Positions 17,872 to 26,606 of a DNA stretch of 27,222 nucleotides are shown here, piece after piece; positions within the stretch are counted from its first letter, which is position 1; each line of letters starts with the position of its first letter. Under the pieces are notes generated by a model. The model searched no databases, was not told where the DNA came from, and saw nothing but the letters and a program-made list of their open reading frames with translations. Position numbers and translations under genes: made by a program. Location of the stretch: assembly GCA_040767965.1 (NCBI GenBank), contig JAXGNR010000017.1, positions 1 through 27,222 on the forward strand, in the 5' to 3' direction. The DNA is from Atribacterota bacterium. Its GTDB lineage: Bacteria > Atribacterota > Phoenicimicrobiia > Phoenicimicrobiales > Stramentimicrobiaceae.

Positions 17872-19479
17872 TTGAATAATAACTTTGATCTCTTAATATT
17901 AAATAGTTCAATTATCGATGGTTCCGGAAATCCATTAGTGCATGCTGATATAGGCATAAAAGATGGGAATATTAATAAGATTGCTAAATTAACAGCTGCC
18001 ACTGCAAAAGAGATTATTGATGCAAAAGGCTTAACCGCATCACCGGGATTTATTGATATTCATAACCATATTGACCATGCCATTCTGGCTTTTCCTAATG
18101 CCGATTCTTATATAATGCAGGGAGTTACCACATCTCTGGTAGGTAATTGTGGATTGTCTATGGCACCCCTTAATCCGCATAACCTGCAGTTGCTAAAAAA
18201 ATATCTCACCCCTTTTTTACGTACTGATTTTAATTATCAGTGGGATTGGAATAGCACCCGGGAATATAGTGAAAAAATTAGCAAAAAGGGTACAGCTGTA
18301 AATTTGGCTTTTTTAGTTGGGCAAGGCACTCTTAGAATAGCAGTAAAAGGATTTGAGATGACCCCTGCTACCATAGAAGAAATGAAAAATATGCAAAATA
18401 TTCTCAGGAAAGAGCTTGAAGAAGGAGCATTTGGATTATCCACAGGCTTGGTTTATCCTCCGGGAAGCTATACCAGCACCGAAGAACTGATTGAGTTAAC
18501 TACAGTATTAAAAGATTATAATGCACTTTATACTACCCACCTTCGAAATCAAAGCGAACAGCTTATTCAGTCCACCGAGGAAGCTATTAAAATAGGAGAA
18601 GCAAACAATATTTCAGTGGAAATCTCACATCATAAAGCTATTGGGAAAGACAACTGGGGTAAAGTAAATAGATCCATGCAGATAATTGCAGATGCTCGCC
18701 AAAGAGGAATAAATGTCAACTTTGATGTTTACCCTTACACTGCCGCCATGACTACAGTCAGCTCCCTTTTACCCGGCTGGGTCCTGGAAGGTGGCATCGA
18801 AAACATGCTGCAGCGTTTAGAAGACAAAGCTGTCAGAAAAGAAATAACTATAGATATAGCAGAAGGGAGAATGAAAGGGGAAAACAGAATAAAAAGTATT
18901 GGCTGGAAAAATATTGTAGTAGCTGAATGTCCTTTAGATAGAAGTTCTGAAGGTAAGTCTTTACATGATCTTTTTAAAGAATTCCCTGAACCGTTCAATC
19001 CTTTGTTTGATTGGCTGCTCCATATTAAAGGAGAAGCCACCATGCTCTTTTTCTGCATGGACGAAGAAGATGTCAGAGCAGTTATTAGAAATCCCCTTTC
19101 AATGATAATTTCTGATGCCTGGGTAACTGCCCCCAGTGGTGGCGGAAAACCGCACCCTCGAGGATACGGCTCATTTCCCAGGGTAATAAGTAAGTATGTA
19201 AGAGAGGAAAAACTGTTAACTTTACCAGAAGCAATTAGAAAGATGACTTCTCTACCTGCCCAAAAAATAGGCTTACAGGATAGGGGATTGATAAAAGAGG
19301 GTTATTGTGCTGACCTGGTTTTGTTCGATACTGAAAAAATTAAAGATATGGCCACCTTTGAAAACCCGCATCAGTATCCGCAAGGGATTGATAGGGTAAT
19401 AGTAAACGGACAATCTGTAGTAAAAAATGGACAAATAACCGGTGTAAAGCCTGGCAAAATCCTGAGAAGAAAAAAATAA
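17872..19479 (+). CDS. N-acyl-D-amino-acid deacylase (D-aminoacylase, amidohydrolase family)
   Basis: PGFIDIHNH, GVTTSLVGNCG, STGLVYPPG, SHHK, DVYPYTA, PHPRGYGSFPR, DRGLIKEGYCADLVLFD; TTG start. Confidence 0.93.
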   Translation: MNNNFDLLILNSSIIDGSGNPLVHADIGIKDGNINKIAKLTAATAKEIIDAKGLTASPGFIDIHNHIDHAILAFPNADSYIMQGVTTSLVGNCGLSMAPLNPHNLQLLKKYLTPFLRTDFNYQWDWNSTREYSEKISKKGTAVNLAFLVGQGTLRIAVKGFEMTPATIEEMKNMQNILRKELEEGAFGLSTGLVYPPGSYTSTEELIELTTVLKDYNALYTTHLRNQSEQLIQSTEEAIKIGEANNISVEISHHKAIGKDNWGKVNRSMQIIADARQRGINVNFDVYPYTAAMTTVSSLLPGWVLEGGIENMLQRLEDKAVRKEITIDIAEGRMKGENRIKSIGWKNIVVAECPLDRSSEGKSLHDLFKEFPEPFNPLFDWLLHIKGEATMLFFCMDEEDVRAVIRNPLSMIISDAWVTAPSGGGKPHPRGYGSFPRVISKYVREEKLLTLPEAIRKMTSLPAQKIGLQDRGLIKEGYCADLVLFDTEKIKDMATFENPHQYPQGIDRVIVNGQSVVKNGQITGVKPGKILRRKK

Positions 19480-19587
19480 TTAAATATTTTTAAAAAGTTG
19501 AGGTGGCATTATTAAAAAAATATTGCTTATCATACTATCATTAATAATAGTAACAGCTTTAATTCTAAGAAGGATATATGATTGCTG

Positions 19588-19630
19588 ATTACTAAGGCCT
19601 GGTTTTATTGCCAGACCTTAGCAATTTTTT
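19588..19630 (+). terminator. Terminator-like hairpin between convergent genes
   Basis: ATTACTAAGGCCTGG-N8-CCAGACCTTAGCAAT followed by a T tract. Confidence 0.6.
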
Positions 19631-19660
19631 ATTAAAATCTTTGGCATTTTTTCATTAATT

Positions 19661-20110
19661 TTATTTTACAACTAGCACGCTGCAGCCTTCTGCCTCCTGT
19701 ACTACTGCATTACTGACACTCCCAAGTAAAAACTTTTTCAAGCCTCCTATACCTCTGCTGCCAATAACAATCATATCAAATCCTTCTTCTTTTGCTACTT
19801 TAACAATTACAGAAGAAGGGTGCCCTTCTTTTAAGATTGTTCTTGCTTTTATATTATTTTTTTCTAGAAAACCTGAGGCTTTAGTTAAAAGTTTTTCTCT
19901 TTCTCTTTTCTGACCTTCCAGCATATTTTGGTAGTTTTGCATTTGTTCCGCGGTAATGCTTTCATAATGGGGAAAAGTTGTATCAAGGGCCGGATCGTGA
20001 ACATGAATTACAGCTGCCTCCACAACATTACAACCTTGAGCAATTACTTTTGCTTCTTCCAGAGCTTTCTGGCTGGATTCTGAACCATCTGTACAAATTA
20101 ATATTTTCAT
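19661..20110 (-). CDS. Universal stress protein (UspA family)
   Basis: KILICTDGSESS; DMIVIGSRG..GLKKFLLGSVS; SVLVVK; RBS present. Confidence 0.95.
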   Translation of the reverse strand: MKILICTDGSESSQKALEEAKVIAQGCNVVEAAVIHVHDPALDTTFPHYESITAEQMQNYQNMLEGQKREREKLLTKASGFLEKNNIKARTILKEGHPSSVIVKVAKEEGFDMIVIGSRGIGGLKKFLLGSVSNAVVQEAEGCSVLVVK

Positions 20111-20528
20111 AATATTCCTCCTTTTACTAATTATTAACTAATAATTTTATCATAGAAATATAAAATGTAAAAACTATCCAAATTATTTCAATTAGAGCTT
20201 GTGTAATTAAAGAGAAAAAAATTAAAGAAAGTAATTTAGTATGTATGACTGTAAATTGAATAAAAGAAGGGGTATTTGATGTGTATTAAAACTAATATAG
20301 TCTTTTCTAATCTGTAAGGTAGCTCTGCCTTAAACAATAAGCATTTTGGCAGTGGAAAAAGTATCTACAAAAATTTAACACAGATATATTATCTGAGTAT
20401 TTTTAGGCAAATCTACATCTTTTTTATGTCAGCGGGCAAGTTTTAAGTATCTTTAGTACCACAGTAAATTTTACACTAACAAAATATTAACTAAATCTTT
20501 GTATTGTTAAAGTAACATGATGAAATTT

Positions 20529-20560
20529 TGTCATTGCTCCAAGCGGCGAAGCAATCCCAT
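20529..20560 (+). repeat. Family B repeat, degenerate copy
   Basis: TGTCATTGC...GAAGCAATCCCAT. Confidence 0.75.
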
Positions 20561-20845
20561 CCATTAATTTTTCACCAGATATTAACAATCAACAACTAAT
20601 TTTATTCTGCAGCTTTTTTATGTCCGGCAAAATATTATCTTATATTTAATCACTTGAGATTACATGCCCTTATTATATACATACTAGAATGTCTAAAACA
20701 TATTAAAATAGGGAATAATAAAATTAGTACCATTTATTAAAAAAATTCTAATTAACCGGAAATGTTTGGTTATTCTAAAACACAATACTATATCCCCGAT
20801 ATGGGATTTATACTATACTATATACAATTTTCAAAAGGAGTGCCT

Positions 20846-21397
20846 ATGGAATGGTATCTTGAAGTCATAAAAAAATATGCAGTTTTTAATGGCAGGGCCA
20901 GAAGAAAAGAATACTGGATGTTTTTCCTGATAAACTTTATTATAGGAACCTTATTAGGCATAATGGATAAATCTATCAGTAATATTGGATTACTGGGGGC
21001 AATTTACAGCCTTGCCGTATTCATTCCCAGCATGGCAGTTACAGTCAGAAGGCTTCATGACACTAATAGAAGCGGATGGTGGATGTTAATTGCTCTGGTT
21101 CCTTTAATCGGTTGGATTTTTTTCTTTATCTTTACAATTCAGGATAGCACTCCCGGGAGAAACCAGTATGGTACAAATCCAAAGGAAGAAGATATCGAAT
21201 ATTCTAATCAAACACCATCAGATTTAAAAAAATGTCCACAATGTGCAGAATTAGTCAAAAGAGAAGCGCGAATCTGTCGTTTTTGCGGGCATGAATTTTA
21301 TCAGAAGCCAAAGACAGTTGAAGAAGAGATCAATGAATTTGAGAAAAAGCAAAAAAAATCGAGTACTGATGACTTTGAAGATGATGAGATAATCTAA
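20846..21397 (+). CDS. DUF805 (YhaH-like) membrane protein with C-terminal zinc ribbon
   Basis: KKYAVFNGRARRKEYW, VRRLHDTNRSGWW, CPQC..CRFC; AAGGAG RBS at 20835 supports start 20846. Confidence 0.92.
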   Translation: MEWYLEVIKKYAVFNGRARRKEYWMFFLINFIIGTLLGIMDKSISNIGLLGAIYSLAVFIPSMAVTVRRLHDTNRSGWWMLIALVPLIGWIFFFIFTIQDSTPGRNQYGTNPKEEDIEYSNQTPSDLKKCPQCAELVKREARICRFCGHEFYQKPKTVEEEINEFEKKQKKSSTDDFEDDEII

Positions 21398-21473
21398 ACA
21401 ACCTCCCGAGCAGGGTTTAATTATTACCATTTACTTAATCGAAAGGTAAGAATTTACCTATTTAACTTCTTCT

Positions 21474-21504
21474 TATCATTGCGAACATAGTGAAGCAATC
21501 TCAT
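21474..21504 (+). repeat. Family B repeat, short-hairpin copy
   Basis: TATCATTGCGA-ACATAGT-GAAGCAATCTCAT. Confidence 0.85.
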
Positions 21505-21846
21505 CCATTTACATCAGAACGGTTTTACATTTATATTGTATTAAACTAGAGACGGACTAATAGCTACCAGATACTAACTTTATCTTGCAATTTGTAATGA
21601 GAAACTCGCATCTTTATTTTGACCGGCAGACTGGTAATTTTCACTCAACGAATATTGTTTCTGTCATTGTGAATCCCGTTATCATTTCCTCTCCCTTGAA
21701 CCAGAGATTGCTTCTTACATTTCCTCAACCAAAAAGTGAGAATTTCCCTGCATAGTCTCTTCCCGCTCGAGAGGAACACTATACTTTTTCTATCTTCTAT
21801 CCCTTGAGGCGAGAATTAACTCTTATTCAGTCTCCTCCCCCCTTTA

Positions 21847-21908
21847 ATGAAAGGATTTCCCCAACCCAGTCTCCTCCCCCTTGAGGGGGGAGGACTAAGG
21901 TGGGGGTG
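21847..21908 (+). repeat. Family C repeat copy 1 (TCTCCTCCCCCTTGAGGGGGGAGGACTAAGGTGGGGGTG core at 21870-21908)
   Basis: 62 bp identical to 22905-22966. Confidence 0.95.
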
Positions 21909-21937
21909 AATATTATACGTTATACATTATATGATTC

Positions 21938-21977
21938 TGTCATTGCAAGCCAATTTTAATTGGCGTGGCAATCTCAT
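21938..21977 (+). repeat. Family B repeat
   Basis: Inner stem GCCAATT/AATTGGC. Confidence 0.9.
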
Positions 21978-22007
21978 ACAAATATACCCGGAAAGAATAG
22001 TATTTCT

Positions 22008-22063
22008 CTGCAATTTTCCATCCTTCCATTATTGCATCCTTCCATTTTTCCAATCTTGCAAAC
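22008..22063 (+). repeat. Degenerate 8-bp tandem array TT(C/G)CAnnn x7
   Basis: ctgcaatt ttccatcc ttccatta ttgcatcc ttccattt ttccaatc ttgcaaac. Confidence 0.85.
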
Positions 22064-22133
22064 TGTAACCTATGTCCTGGTTAAATAATTAGTCTAAAAA
22101 CCAAAGACCTTAAACTGATAACTGTTTTTTCCC

Positions 22134-22190
22134 TTGTAAAATAATAAAATATTATTATAATATATTAATATAATAATAAATTATTAATAT
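22134..22190 (+). promoter_or_regulatory. Promoter and putative operator of TA pair 1
   Basis: TTGTAA-N16-TATAAT (22134-22161); ATATTAATA/TATTAATAT inverted repeat at 22162-22190; region is very AT-rich, so chance matches are possible. Confidence 0.45.
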
Positions 22191-22207
22191 CAATACAGGT
22201 GATAAAG

Positions 22208-22483
22208 ATGGACAAAATGACCAAAATTAGAGACAACTCTCAAATAACCATTCCCAAAAATATAATGGATAAATTGGATTTAAAAAAGGGAGATACTATC
22301 TCTATTGAACTTCGGGATGACGAAATAATATTAAAACCAGTTGTCATTATTGATAAAAGCCAAACCTGGTTCTGGAGCAAAGATTGGCAAAAAGAAGAGA
22401 GGGAAGCGGAAGAAGATATAAGAAAAGGCAGAGTAAAAACTTTTAATAATACCGACGATTTAATGAAAGATTTAAAAAAGTAA
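22208..22483 (+). CDS. AbrB/MazE/SpoVT family antitoxin
   Basis: QITIPKNIMDKLDLKKGD swapped-hairpin motif; QTWFWSKDWQ..E.EAEEDI..GRV tail; AGGTGA RBS. Confidence 0.92.
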   Translation: MDKMTKIRDNSQITIPKNIMDKLDLKKGDTISIELRDDEIILKPVVIIDKSQTWFWSKDWQKEEREAEEDIRKGRVKTFNNTDDLMKDLKK

Positions 22484-22756
22484 ATGAAGATCCAAATAAC
22501 CCAACGGTTTAAAAGAAGTTTTCAGAAATTAATAAAAGAAGAACAACAAACATTTCAAAAACAGATAGATCTTTTTTTACAAAATCCAACAGTACCATTC
22601 CACCCTTCTTTACAGATAAAAAAAATCCAGGGAACTGCAGAAATATTCGAATGCAGGATCAATCGGGATATTCGCATGACCTGGCAATATCACCTTTCAG
22701 GATATATCTTACTTCGCAATATTAGTAAGCATGACCGAACACTGAAAAGACCATAA
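22484..22756 (+). CDS. RelE/ParE superfamily toxin (putative mRNA interferase)
   Basis: T.RFKRSFQKL, HPSLQIKKIQG, IFECRINRDIRMTW, HD; starts immediately after the antitoxin stop. Confidence 0.85.
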   Translation: MKIQITQRFKRSFQKLIKEEQQTFQKQIDLFLQNPTVPFHPSLQIKKIQGTAEIFECRINRDIRMTWQYHLSGYILLRNISKHDRTLKRP

Positions 22757-22904
22757 AATAAAAAACAGTATGTAGTGTTTAGTATCGCGTATCGAGTCCA
22801 AATTTGGCAAGCTATATTTTCAGTTAGCAGAAAATCTCACTCTTATCATTGTTACTAGCTATTTCTTCTGCCATTGTAAATCCCGGATCATTCCCCCCTC
22901 CTTG

Positions 22905-22966
22905 ATGAAAGGATTTCCCCAACCCAGTCTCCTCCCCCTTGAGGGGGGAGGACTAAGGTGGGGGTG
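22905..22966 (+). repeat. Family C repeat copy 2
   Basis: 62 bp identical to 21847-21908. Confidence 0.95.
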
Positions 22967-23029
22967 GAACAATCTTTATTTTTTACTAAACACTAACGAC
23001 CAGCGGCTAATTCTATCTTTCATATTTTT

Positions 23030-23065
23030 TTGACAAATACCTTTAAGTATGATAATAATATCATA
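23030..23065 (+). promoter_or_regulatory. Promoter and operator palindrome of TA pair 2
   Basis: TTGACA at 23030; TATGATA-ataa-TATCATA at 23048-23065 overlapping the -10 region. Confidence 0.65.
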
Positions 23066-23081
23066 TAAAGAGGTGATACAA

Positions 23082-23303
23082 ATGCCAAGACATACTATAT
23101 ATTTATCAGAATCTGATAGTAAATTACTCCAGGAATTAAAAGAAAAACATGGCTCAGTTTCTAATGTAATTAGAATATCTCTCAACAAATTAAGAGAAGA
23201 CAAATTAAAAGAATATTATACAAATAAATCTGAATCCTATTCTGAGCTACGCAAAGCCCAACAAAAAGTTATCAAAAGACAGGAAAAAGAGGAGCAATTA
23301 TGA
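23082..23303 (+). CDS. Putative ribbon-helix-helix antitoxin
   Basis: RHTIYLS strand followed by two helices (SVSNVIRISL); GAGGTG RBS; ATGA overlap with the toxin. Confidence 0.75.
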   Translation: MPRHTIYLSESDSKLLQELKEKHGSVSNVIRISLNKLREDKLKEYYTNKSESYSELRKAQQKVIKRQEKEEQL

Positions 23304-23617
23304 TTTTCCCAAAAAGAGGAGAGGTATACTGGGGACCCGGTAAAAAGAAGATCAGACCACTTTTGGTTGTTTCAAATAATTTGGGGAACCAGTACAGCAG
23401 TGATGTTGTAGTCATCCCTGGTACTACTCAAAATACAGATACTGTCTATCCAATAGAAGTCCTGGTAAAAGATGGATTTTCTAATCCTACAAAATTTCAG
23501 GCAGATTCAATCTTTACTATTGAAAAAACAGACCTAGGTGAAAAAATTACTTCTCTTTCCCCTGATATTATGAAAGAAATAAACCGGGCACTTCAGATTG
23601 AACTTAATTTAGAATAA
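23300..23617 (+). CDS. mazF: PemK/MazF family endoribonuclease toxin
   Basis: PKRGEVYW, KIRPLLVVSNN, VVVIPGTT, IFTIEKTDLGEKITSL. Confidence 0.9.
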   Translation: MIFPKRGEVYWGPGKKKIRPLLVVSNNLGNQYSSDVVVIPGTTQNTDTVYPIEVLVKDGFSNPTKFQADSIFTIEKTDLGEKITSLSPDIMKEINRALQIELNLE

Positions 23618-24022
23618 TAAACAAAGTCATTGGTTTTTGGTTTATCGTTTTTATTTAGAATATTTTTGATTTGATACTTTTTGCTCATTATCACTGATTA
23701 TTATCTTAATCGGTAACCAGTAAACATTATTTTCCTACATCATGCATTTACTGACAGATTTTTCTTGTATACAAACGTTTTATGTAATATGCTATACGGT
23801 TTACTGTTTCTTTTTTATTGAGGTGAGAATTTCCCAGCCCAGTTTCCTCCAACTTGAGCCTCAAAGCTATAATAAATTCCATAGCTAGCGCCGGAGATAA
23901 TTCCAGAGTCATTTTCTTTTCTATTAATCACTACCTCCCTTGGGTTATGATAGATGTTTGAGGGAAGGATTTCCCTGCTTAATTTCCTCCTTCTTGAGGG
24001 CAGAATTAACTCTTCTTTTATA

Positions 24023-24059
24023 TCCTCCCCCTTGAGGGGAGAGGACTAAGGTGGGGGTG
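24023..24059 (+). repeat. Family C repeat copy 3
   Basis: TCCTCCCCCTTGAGGGGAGAGGACTAAGGTGGGGGTG; degenerate partial copies upstream at ~23822-23858 and ~23965-24000. Confidence 0.93.
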
Positions 24060-24163
24060 AAAACTATTGCATTGGGGAACGAATTGCCAAAGCCTGTGAT
24101 TCTGATTTAATAATTGATTTTGTTCCTAAAAAGAAGTAGCTAATTACTTAAATAAAAGCAAAA

Positions 24164-24192
24164 TTGAAAATATGAATCCCTTAATTTATAAT
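24164..24192 (+). promoter_or_regulatory. Promoter of hicAB
   Basis: TTGAAA-N17-TATAAT. Confidence 0.6.
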
Positions 24193-24254
24193 ATAATAAG
24201 AAATAGGAAAAAATATTAAAAAGTTTTTAATAATTAAATAACAAGGAGCAAGTT

Positions 24255-24440
24255 TTGAAATTCAGCGAATTAGTTAGAATCTTAGAAAGAAACGGTTACT
24301 CTATTGTCAAAGAAAAAGGTTCAATTCGCTATTATAGCAAACCCGGAATAAAGAAGTTAATTAGAATTGATTACCATGGCTCGAAAGAAGTGCCAACAGG
24401 TACCTGTAAGTTTATTTTAAAAAGTGCAGGTTTAAAATAA
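24255..24440 (+). CDS. hicA: HicA family toxin
   Basis: ELVRILERNGY, KGS, YHGSKEVPTGT..ILKSAGL; TTG start with AAGGAG RBS. Confidence 0.87.
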   Translation: MKFSELVRILERNGYSIVKEKGSIRYYSKPGIKKLIRIDYHGSKEVPTGTCKFILKSAGLK

Positions 24441-24455
24441 AGGAGAACTTATAAA

Positions 24456-24704
24456 ATGATTAATTTAAAATATTCGCTGGTAATAGAAGCAACAGAAGAT
24501 CCCATCTTCTTTACTTTTTATTCTCCTGATATTGAAGGGTTCACTGGAGTTGGACATTCTGTAGAAGATTGTATTTATCAGGCAAGATGGGGAATGGAAG
24601 AACATCTGGATTTATTAAAAGAAAGAAAATTGCCGATTCCTAAAGAAAACAAAAACCCGGAAATTATAATCAGAAATGAGAATAAATCAAATGTAGCAGT
24701 GTAA
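24456..24704 (+). CDS. hicB: HicB family antitoxin, short form
   Basis: YSLVIE, YSPDIEG..GVGHSVEDC, LPIP; AAGGAG RBS. Confidence 0.88.
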   Translation: MINLKYSLVIEATEDPIFFTFYSPDIEGFTGVGHSVEDCIYQARWGMEEHLDLLKERKLPIPKENKNPEIIIRNENKSNVAV

Positions 24705-24872
24705 TAAGGGAAAATAATATTTTTCAATTATATTAGTTTTACCAAGTAACTTTTTATTACTATATCTATTAAATTTGAATTGTTTTATAGTAATATGTTA
24801 TACGCAATACGATATACTTCTTTGTCATCGTGTGTATTTCTCCCTTTTTGGTCAGCACGAACTTCCTTCTTA

Positions 24873-24913
24873 TCTCCTCCCCCTTGAGGGGTGGGAGGAC
24901 TAAGGTGGGGGTG
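24873..24913 (+). repeat. Family C repeat copy 4
   Basis: Core with a one-base T insertion in the G run. Confidence 0.93.
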
Positions 24914-24998
24914 TAATTAGATGAACATTATACATTATGTCTTTTTTAGTTGTCGCAGGGTATCCTTTTCCCGTCATCGAGAGTGATTATTCCTCTTC

Positions 24999-25039
24999 TG
25001 TCATTGCAGCAGGCTTTATAGCCTGCGAAGCAATCTCAT
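24999..25039 (+). repeat. Family B repeat
   Basis: Inner stem GCAGGCT/AGCCTGC. Confidence 0.9.
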
Positions 25040-25238
25040 CCAAATATACCCAAAAGTTTTGTATTTATATTTTATCAACTAGTTACCAGCTACCGCATTT
25101 CAAACTAATGAACGAATTAACCAATTAATTAATGAACTAATATACTTATAATGATCAATCTAGCAAACTACCAGGAAATCAAGATAAATTTCTGGTAAAA
25201 TAAAAATGATTACTTAATAATAATAAGGAAGATATACA

Positions 25239-26221
25239 ATGTCTAAAATAAATGAAATTATTATTTATACTACAGAAGATGGTAAAGAAACATTTGAAGT
25301 AAACCTGAAAGAGGAGACTGTCTGGCTATCCCAAAGGCAGATGGCGGAGTTGTTTGAGAAAGATGTGCGAACAATTAATGAACATATAAAGAATATATTT
25401 TCCGAAGGTGAATTAGAAGAAAATGCAGTTATCCGGAAATTCCGGATAACTGCAGCGGACGGGAAAAAATACAATACCAATATGTACAATCTTGATTTGA
25501 TCATCTCGGTTGGCTATCGGGTAAACTCCAAACGAGGTACCCAATTCCGCATCTGGGCAACAAATGTTTTAAAAAACCATCTTATTCAGGGATACTCGAT
25601 CAATCAAAAAAGATTACAGGAAAATCAGACTAAACTAAAGGAATTGCAGAAAACAACCAGAATGATAGAAAGACTCCTTTTACAGAAAAACCTGGAATCC
25701 GTCAGAAGCAACTGGCTTACTGCAAGTTATTTTGGAATACCAGAAAGCCCTGCACTTACTTGATGAATATGATCATCAGGAGCTTCAGATAAAAGAGATT
25801 ACAACCCAGGAGAAATTTAAATTAACCTACGAAGGCCCGAAAAGAATTAAGTAATTTGAAGGGTTACTACAGCTCAGGTTTATTCGGTCTGGAAAAAGAC
25901 CAGTCTTTCTCCGGTTCTATCGGTGCTATATATCAAAGTTTTGATGGCAAAGAAGTTTATCCCAGCATAGAAGAAAAAGCAGCCCATTTGCTCTACTTTG
26001 TAGTAAAAAATCATTCCTTTGTGGATGGAAACAAACGCATTGCAGCATCACTTTTTATCTGGTTCTTAAATGAAAATGGCATTCTTTACAAAGAAGATGG
26101 CAGCAAAAGAATTGCTGACAATACACTGGTAGCATTAACATTACTTATCGCTGAAAGCAAACCGGAAGAAAAAGACATTATGATAAAAGTTATTGTTAAT
26201 CTCATCAACCGGGAGAATTAA
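25239..26221 (+). pseudogene. RhuM-like/Fic-Doc fusion protein interrupted by two frameshifts (~25704, ~25834)
   Basis: ETVWLSQRQMAELF and YNLDLIISVGYRVNSKRGTQFRIWA (RhuM); middle frame EATGLLQVILEYQKALHLLDEYDHQ; HSFVDGNKRIA Fic motif. Confidence 0.88.
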
Positions 26222-26303
26222 ATTGAGATCAAAGGTTTTTAGCTTTTAGTTAATAGTTTTTCGTTTTGAGATGTAATATTTCCGACTTTATTTTTTGCTA
26301 TTT

Positions 26304-26347
26304 CTTATCACCTACCACTTATTACTTAACACTTATCACCCATAACT
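26304..26347 (+). repeat. Degenerate 7-bp tandem array
   Basis: cttatca cctacca cttatta cttaaca cttatca cccataa. Confidence 0.8.
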
Positions 26348-26409
26348 ACATTCAACCATTATATCTTGTAATCTTCTCTTGTCATTGCGTATATTTCTCT
26401 CTCTTTTTT

Positions 26410-26452
26410 TGTCATTGCGAAATTTGCTAAAAGCAAATTGAAGCAATCTCAT
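26410..26452 (+). repeat. Family B repeat, preceded by a half copy at 26380
   Basis: Inner stem AATTTGCT/AGCAAATT. Confidence 0.9.
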
Positions 26453-26561
26453 GCATTTATACTTGAATTCTTAGTATTAGCCTAAAAACTGACAACTGAA
26501 AACTTTTGTAATTAACTGGCAAACCGGTAAATTGGTATTTTAAATTAAAGAATATTGACTC

Positions 26562-26606
26562 TGTCTTTGCGAGAAATGATTTTTAATCATTTCGTGGCAA
26601 TCTCAT
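26562..26606 (+). repeat. Family B repeat
   Basis: Inner stem GAAATGATT/AATCATTTC. Confidence 0.9.

Noticed and set aside
20110-20845. Possible ncRNA or riboswitch in the long intergenic region
   Set aside because: No recognisable conserved RNA motif; only one degenerate B repeat and short AT-rich hairpins
22976-23203. 75-aa minus-strand ORF
   Set aside because: Antisense to the antitoxin and its promoter; no recognisable motif
21847-24913. CRISPR array formed by family C repeats
   Set aside because: Intervals are about 1 kb and contain genes; no cas genes
24937-25128. 63-aa ORF
   Set aside because: Made of family B and octamer repeats; no RBS
20529-26606. Classical integron attC sites
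   Set aside because: Repeats lack RYYYAAC...GTTRRRY ends; no IntI in the window
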